From positions 51,302-115,301 of the IMG/VR virus record IMGVR_UViG_3300026549_000050: 64,000 nt of DNA. One strand, 5' to 3'. Below are positions 59,365 to 64,000 of the stretch, one piece after another. How positions within the stretch are numbered: position 1 is the stretch's first letter; each line of letters begins with the position of its first letter. This DNA is from a virus. Taxonomy: Duplodnaviria > Caudoviricetes. The notes under the pieces are model-generated. The model saw only the letters and a program-made list of their open reading frames with translations, was not told where the DNA came from and searched no databases. Position numbers and translations under genes: made by a program.

Positions 59365-60081
59365 ATGAGTCAAATAAATAGAAAACGAGGATATAAAGAA
59401 GAAGAAATATTAAACGGCGCATTAGTATTTTATAAAAATATACAAATAACAAAAGTAGGAAGTAATGCTTTTAAATATTGTTCTTCACTTACTTCAATAG
59501 ATTTGCCTAATGTAAATTATGTGGGAAGTAGCGCTTTTGCAAATTGTTATTCACTTACCTCAATAAATTTACCAAAAGCAAGTCATATAGGAAATAATGC
59601 TTTTTATTATTGTCAGTCACTTACTTCAATAAATTTACCTAATGTAAGTTATATAGGAAATAATGCTTTTTGTTATTGTTTGTCACTTACTTCAATAAAT
59701 TTACCAAAAGCAAGTCATATAGGAAGTTATGCTTTTTATTATTGTGAGTCACTTACTTCGATGAATTTACCAAATGTAAATTATATAGAAAGTAGTGCTT
59801 TTCATCGTTGTAATTCACTTACTTCAATAAATTTACCAAAAGCAAGTTATATAGGAAGTTACGCTTTTAATTATTGCTATAGATTACTCAGTCTATATCT
59901 TGGTAGTATATCAATTGTTTCACTTCCATATTCTAACACATTTAGCTTCACTCCAATTGCGGATTATACTACTTTTACAAGTGGAATATATGGAAGTATC
60001 TACGTACCAGCATCACTATACAGCGATTACCTAATCGCAGAAAACTGGTCATACTATTCATCTCGTTTTGTATCAATCTAA
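59365..60081 (+). CDS. BspA-type LRR protein (paralog 3)
   Basis: 22-aa repeats, same C-terminal cap. Confidence 0.88.
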   Translation: MSQINRKRGYKEEEILNGALVFYKNIQITKVGSNAFKYCSSLTSIDLPNVNYVGSSAFANCYSLTSINLPKASHIGNNAFYYCQSLTSINLPNVSYIGNNAFCYCLSLTSINLPKASHIGSYAFYYCESLTSMNLPNVNYIESSAFHRCNSLTSINLPKASYIGSYAFNYCYRLLSLYLGSISIVSLPYSNTFSFTPIADYTTFTSGIYGSIYVPASLYSDYLIAENWSYYSSRFVSI

Positions 60082-60085
60082 AAAT

Positions 60086-60114
60086 TTGACAAAACTTCTA
60101 ACCTATGATATAAT
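60086..60114 (+). promoter_or_regulatory. sigmaA-type promoter for glycosyltransferase
   Basis: TTGACA-17-TATAAT with TGA extension. Confidence 0.8.
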
Positions 60115-60151
60115 TAAATAGTAAAGAGTACACACTCAAAGGAGAAAACAT

Positions 60152-61126
60152 ATGAAACTACAAATCCTAATCCCGCAATATAACGAAACAGATGAAATAG
60201 TAAAACCCCTTCTCGATTCAATCGCACTTCAACAATGCATTGACTTCGACGAAATCGGTGTTATAATCTGTAACGATGGAAGTGATATTCACCTTTCAAA
60301 CGAATTACTCACTTCCTATCCATACAAAATCGAATATCACCTCTGCGAGCACAACGGCGTTTCTGCCACGCGCAATGAATGTCTTGACCGCGCGACCGCT
60401 GAATACGTAATGTTCTGCGATGCAGATGATATGTTTTACAATATGTGCGGTCTCTGGATACTCTTTCGCGAAATGGATATGGGGACTTTCGATAGCCTCA
60501 TATCCGTCTTTGTCGAAGAAACCAAAGATTTCACCACTGGCGCGCACGTCTACATTAATCGCGACATGGACCAAACCTTTGTCCATGGTAAAGTTCACAG
60601 ACTTCAGTACCTACGTAGTAAAAAAATACGTTGGAATCCAGACCTCACAATTCACGAAGATAGTTTTTTCAACATTCAATGCGTAAGTTTATCTCAAAAC
60701 GTAAAATACTGTCAAACACCATTCTATCTTTGGAAATGGCGTGATGATAGCGTATGCAGACATGACCCTAAATATCTTCTACGCACATATCGCAACATGA
60801 TAGACAGCAACGACGCATTAATTCAAGAGTTACGCAAAAAGAAAGCCCAAGATAAAGCTATGTACTATATCATATTTATGATATATGACGCATATTATAC
60901 AATGAATAAACCTGAGTGGATTAACCAAGAAAACCAAGAATACAGACAGTTAACCGAACAAAGATTTAGTGAATACTACAAAAAATACAAAAAAGACTGG
61001 GAAAGTTTTCCATCTGCAGAAAAAACTCAAATATCTCAAGGCATCCGTGGCCGCAGTATAATGGAAGGTATGCAAATGGAAAATATGACCATAAACGAAT
61101 GGCTTGAAGAAGTCGAAAATATGTAA
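60152..61126 (+). CDS. Family 2 glycosyltransferase
   Basis: ILIPQYN, CNDGS, GVSATRN, FCDADD, HED motifs. Confidence 0.85.
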   Translation: MKLQILIPQYNETDEIVKPLLDSIALQQCIDFDEIGVIICNDGSDIHLSNELLTSYPYKIEYHLCEHNGVSATRNECLDRATAEYVMFCDADDMFYNMCGLWILFREMDMGTFDSLISVFVEETKDFTTGAHVYINRDMDQTFVHGKVHRLQYLRSKKIRWNPDLTIHEDSFFNIQCVSLSQNVKYCQTPFYLWKWRDDSVCRHDPKYLLRTYRNMIDSNDALIQELRKKKAQDKAMYYIIFMIYDAYYTMNKPEWINQENQEYRQLTEQRFSEYYKKYKKDWESFPSAEKTQISQGIRGRSIMEGMQMENMTINEWLEEVENM

Positions 61127-61133
61127 ACAAAAT

Positions 61134-61163
61134 TTGACGAATTAAATATCTTTATGATATAAT
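61134..61163 (+). promoter_or_regulatory. sigmaA-type promoter
   Basis: TTGACG-18-TATAAT with TGA extension. Confidence 0.6.
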
Positions 61164-61308
61164 ATATGTAGTAAGATGAAGACTTTCATGTATTATATAG
61201 TCTATTACATTTAAAATTAACTGTTAGTTATTTTCGTGGCAACAAGTTTTCTTGTTTATTAGTAATATTACTATATAAGTTATTTCTTTTTTAAATAGGA
61301 GACAAAAC

Positions 61309-61563
61309 ATGAAAGTTCAAACACTAAACGCTTACTACAACTTATATGAGTTCCATCACTATATTGACAACATCGACGATGATGATTTGGTTAATATAGT
61401 AGAACTCATAATTGAATCCGACGACATGAGTTCTATTGAAACAGACTTTTCAAACACTTTTGCAATTGAAACTACTAACCAGTCTTATATCTTCTCACAT
61501 TATGAAGTGTCAGAATACTATGCAGTCGGAGAAAATTCAATTAAGGTTATTTGTATTAAATAA
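61309..61563 (+). CDS. Acidic hypothetical protein
   Basis: 84 aa, AGGAG RBS, own promoter and terminator. Confidence 0.6.
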   Translation: MKVQTLNAYYNLYEFHHYIDNIDDDDLVNIVELIIESDDMSSIETDFSNTFAIETTNQSYIFSHYEVSEYYAVGENSIKVICIK

Positions 61564-61572
61564 CCATCTGCC

Positions 61573-61603
61573 GAACAGATATGCAAATATCTGTTCTTTT
61601 TTT
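61573..61603 (+). terminator. Intrinsic terminator
   Basis: GAACAGATAT-GCAA-ATATCTGTTC-TTTTTTT. Confidence 0.85.
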
Positions 61604-61700
61604 GGCAAAATTTACGCTCGGCCGCCGAATACAATCAACTTCTTATAATAATTTCTGTAAAAATCTACTTAATTAAGGAGAAGATATATTTTTTATGTAA

Positions 61701-62036
61701 ATGGAGGTACATATGAATAACGGAACAAAAATTAGAACAATACTTGTTATTGCATCCTGTCTCAATACTGCTCTTCTTGCTACAGATGTAGCACAGTTTG
61801 GCAACGAGACAGTTAATCTTATCTATCAAATTCTTTCTGTACTTGCAAACTTTGTAATTGTATTCTGCGCCACATGGTTTAACAATGACTACACAGAAGA
61901 GGCTTGTATTGGTACGGGAGTAACTCGTCAGCTTAAAGCTGAAAGCAAAGACAACTATGTAGGCGATTATTTTTATCAAGACGATGAATATGCAGAGTTT
62001 GATAATGAAAATATGGAGGAAACAATAGATGAATAA
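61701..62036 (+). CDS. Holin (SPP1-like)
   Basis: GTKIRTILVI...two TM helices...WFNND; probable start 61713; precedes endolysin. Confidence 0.75.
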   Translation: MEVHMNNGTKIRTILVIASCLNTALLATDVAQFGNETVNLIYQILSVLANFVIVFCATWFNNDYTEEACIGTGVTRQLKAESKDNYVGDYFYQDDEYAEFDNENMEETIDE

Positions 62037-63564
62037 GGCTTTATATAAACAAGCCGATTCCCGTTGGGGTTCTAAACCTTACCCAACGAAAGCTTCATCT
62101 TTTGCTGGCAACGGGTGCGGCTGCTGTGCTTGTACGCATCTTATTATTGAGCAAGATAAATATAAAAATTATACACCGGAAAATATTCGTCCCTGGATGG
62201 TTAAACAAGGATTTGCCTATGTTAACCAAGGTACAACCTGGAATGGTATTAAGTTAACTCTTGAACATTACGGCTATAAAGTTGTTCATATTGGAATAAA
62301 CGACCCAATGACTAAAGCTTGGACAGAATTAAATAAGGGTAATCGTATGGGAATTATTCTTTTCCTTGGCGGAAAAGGACCAGATGGTACAATTTGGACT
62401 ATGGGTGGTCACTATGTTGCTTTTACAGATTATTATGTAAAAAATGGAAAGCATTATTTCTATACTAAAGATAGTGGCTCACGCAATCGCGATTCTGCAA
62501 AAAATGGTTATTATACTTATGAAGGTTCGATGAAGGGCTTAATTTACCAAATGTGGATTGTAGAAAAGCCAAAAGCTATAGCAACTTCTGCAACAAAAGT
62601 TACAACCAATACTTCTTCTTCTGTGACGGGAGTATTTGATAAGACAAATGTAAAAGCCTTACAAAAACTTTTCGGTACAACTCAAGATGGAATCATTAGT
62701 GGACAATTGGCTTCTTTAAAACAATATCACAAAGGTTTTAAAAATTGTATTAAATATGGAACGGGTGGTTCTGCGCTTGTTAAGGCGATTCAGAAATATT
62801 TAAATATGTCTGGACCAGACGGTTATCTTGGACCAAATACTATAAAAGCAATTCAAAAATTTGTAGGAACTACTGCTGATGGTATTTGGGGAGAATATAC
62901 TTCTAAAGCTGTTCAAAACTGGATTATAAAAAATCCAACCTTACCTCAAAAAAAAACTAACACAACTAAAATAAAAGGTATGGATGTCAGCACTTGGCAA
63001 GGGAATATTAGCAAAGCCAATTTTGAAAAAGCCAAAGCATCTGGTATTGAATTTGTAATTTTAAGAATAGGTTATACTGGAAGTAAAACCAATAAACCTA
63101 CGATAGATGACACTTTTGAAAATAATTATAAAAATGCTATCGCGGCGGGATTACCAGTTGGTATTTATTATTATTCATTAGCAACAACAGAAGCTAAAGC
63201 AAAAGAAGAGGCTAACTTTTGCATCTCTAAATTAAAAGGTAAAAAAATTACTTATCCAGTTTATATCGACGTAGAGGATCCTAGTAAGCAAGCAAAACAG
63301 TCTAAAGCTACTTTGGCGGCGGTGTGCAATGTATTTTGTAATACCATCAAAGCTGCAGGTTATAAGCCAGGTGTTTATGCTAGTTTAAGCTGGTTTAACG
63401 ATAAGATTGGCAATATTACAGCAAATCATTCTAAATGGGTAGCTCAATATAATAAAACTTGTGATTACAAGGGTACATATGACATATGGCAATATAGTTC
63501 TTCTGAGGCTGTTCCAGGCATTGGTAATAAGGTTGATGTAAACTGGTGCTATAAGAAATTTTAA
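62029..63564 (+). CDS. Multidomain endolysin: C39-like peptidase, PG-binding repeats, GH25 muramidase
   Basis: YKQADSRW...GCG...GHYV; DGIISG/DGYLGPNT/DGIWG; GMDVSTWQG, YIDVED, WQYSS, VDVN. Confidence 0.85.
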   Translation: MNKALYKQADSRWGSKPYPTKASSFAGNGCGCCACTHLIIEQDKYKNYTPENIRPWMVKQGFAYVNQGTTWNGIKLTLEHYGYKVVHIGINDPMTKAWTELNKGNRMGIILFLGGKGPDGTIWTMGGHYVAFTDYYVKNGKHYFYTKDSGSRNRDSAKNGYYTYEGSMKGLIYQMWIVEKPKAIATSATKVTTNTSSSVTGVFDKTNVKALQKLFGTTQDGIISGQLASLKQYHKGFKNCIKYGTGGSALVKAIQKYLNMSGPDGYLGPNTIKAIQKFVGTTADGIWGEYTSKAVQNWIIKNPTLPQKKTNTTKIKGMDVSTWQGNISKANFEKAKASGIEFVILRIGYTGSKTNKPTIDDTFENNYKNAIAAGLPVGIYYYSLATTEAKAKEEANFCISKLKGKKITYPVYIDVEDPSKQAKQSKATLAAVCNVFCNTIKAAGYKPGVYASLSWFNDKIGNITANHSKWVAQYNKTCDYKGTYDIWQYSSSEAVPGIGNKVDVNWCYKKF

Positions 63565-63574
63565 GGAGAAACAT

Positions 63575-64000
63575 ATGTTTGAAAAATTAACTAACTTATT
63601 GCGTGGTGTAAATATTACAGGCGCCGCGGCAGCTCCTAAAAAAAGCATTGATGACTTAGCTATTGAAGTAATTAATGGATTGTGGGGAGCTGGAGAGACA
63701 AGAAAAAAAGCTATTACACAGGCTGGGTATAACTATGATACAGTTCAAAATCGTGTTAATGAGCTTGTTAAAACAATGCAAACTAGAGTACAAGCTATGA
63801 AGCCCTGGTTTGATGCTTGTAAAACACAAGAACAATGGTCATATGATGCAAGATATAATTGGGGCAAATGGACACCAAGAAATATTGCCAAAAGTAAAGA
63901 CTATGGCACTTGTATCACTTTCCCTAATGTTATTGCTATGCGCTGTAAATTAATCGCAGAACCCGCTCAACATATTTTAACTTCCTCCGGTTCAGACAAT
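63575..64000 (+). CDS. CW_7 (Cpl-7) cell-wall-binding domain protein, truncated by window end
   Basis: AAGGAG RBS; KSIDDLAIEVINGLWGAGETRKKAITQAGYNYDTVQNRVNEL; not in ORF track because it has no stop in the window. Confidence 0.8.
   Translation, partial: MFEKLTNLLRGVNITGAAAAPKKSIDDLAIEVINGLWGAGETRKKAITQAGYNYDTVQNRVNELVKTMQTRVQAMKPWFDACKTQEQWSYDARYNWGKWTPRNIAKSKDYGTCITFPNVIAMRCKLIAEPAQHILTSSGSDN

Noticed and set aside
58567-60081. LRR nucleotide repeats as a CRISPR array
   Set aside because: They are in-frame 66-bp coding repeats with no repeat-spacer structure and no cas genes.
39263-60081. Diversity-generating retroelement acting on LRR genes or fibre
   Set aside because: No reverse transcriptase or TR/VR pair differing only at adenines is visible in this window. 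NNT codons at variable sites are also expected from AT bias. It cannot be excluded elsewhere in the genome.
1-64000. tRNA, rRNA, integrase/att sites or IS elements
   Set aside because: None were recognised in the short intergenic regions or ORFs by manual inspection.

Overview
This window is a 64-kb, AT-rich (roughly one-third GC by eye) segment of a large tailed dsDNA phage. The host is probably an anaerobic Firmicute (Clostridia-like), inferred from sigmaA-type promoters, GGAGG RBSs, NrdD/NrdG and GH25/CW_7 lysis proteins. Layout: (+) neck and tail genes, two paralogous tail-tube genes and a ~3480-aa tape measure (1-14233). (-) A ~29-kb replication and nucleotide block (14273-43204): RuvC-like resolvase, dUTPase, NrdDG, DnaE, RecJ, primase, helicase, AAA ATPase, SSB-like protein, GyrA/GyrB, UvrD and nucleases, with one (+) BspA-LRR gene inside it. 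(+) Dit, Tal and LRR tail fibre (43780-54457), a six-gene cluster of unknown function, two more BspA-LRR genes, a GT2 glycosyltransferase, holin and endolysins. Best-supported unexpected element: a complete group I intron (56024-56820) with an HNH ORF in L8, interrupting a membrane/coiled-coil gene of the unknown cluster. Other leads are a family of variable LRR genes sitting on G/T-to-C/A composition flips, a candidate phage-specific promoter motif (TCTACTT), a strong excess of pure-G/C runs, and a phage gyrase with a GyrA-box and quinolone-resistance-type residues. All calls come from motif recognition and hand inspection; no searches were run.
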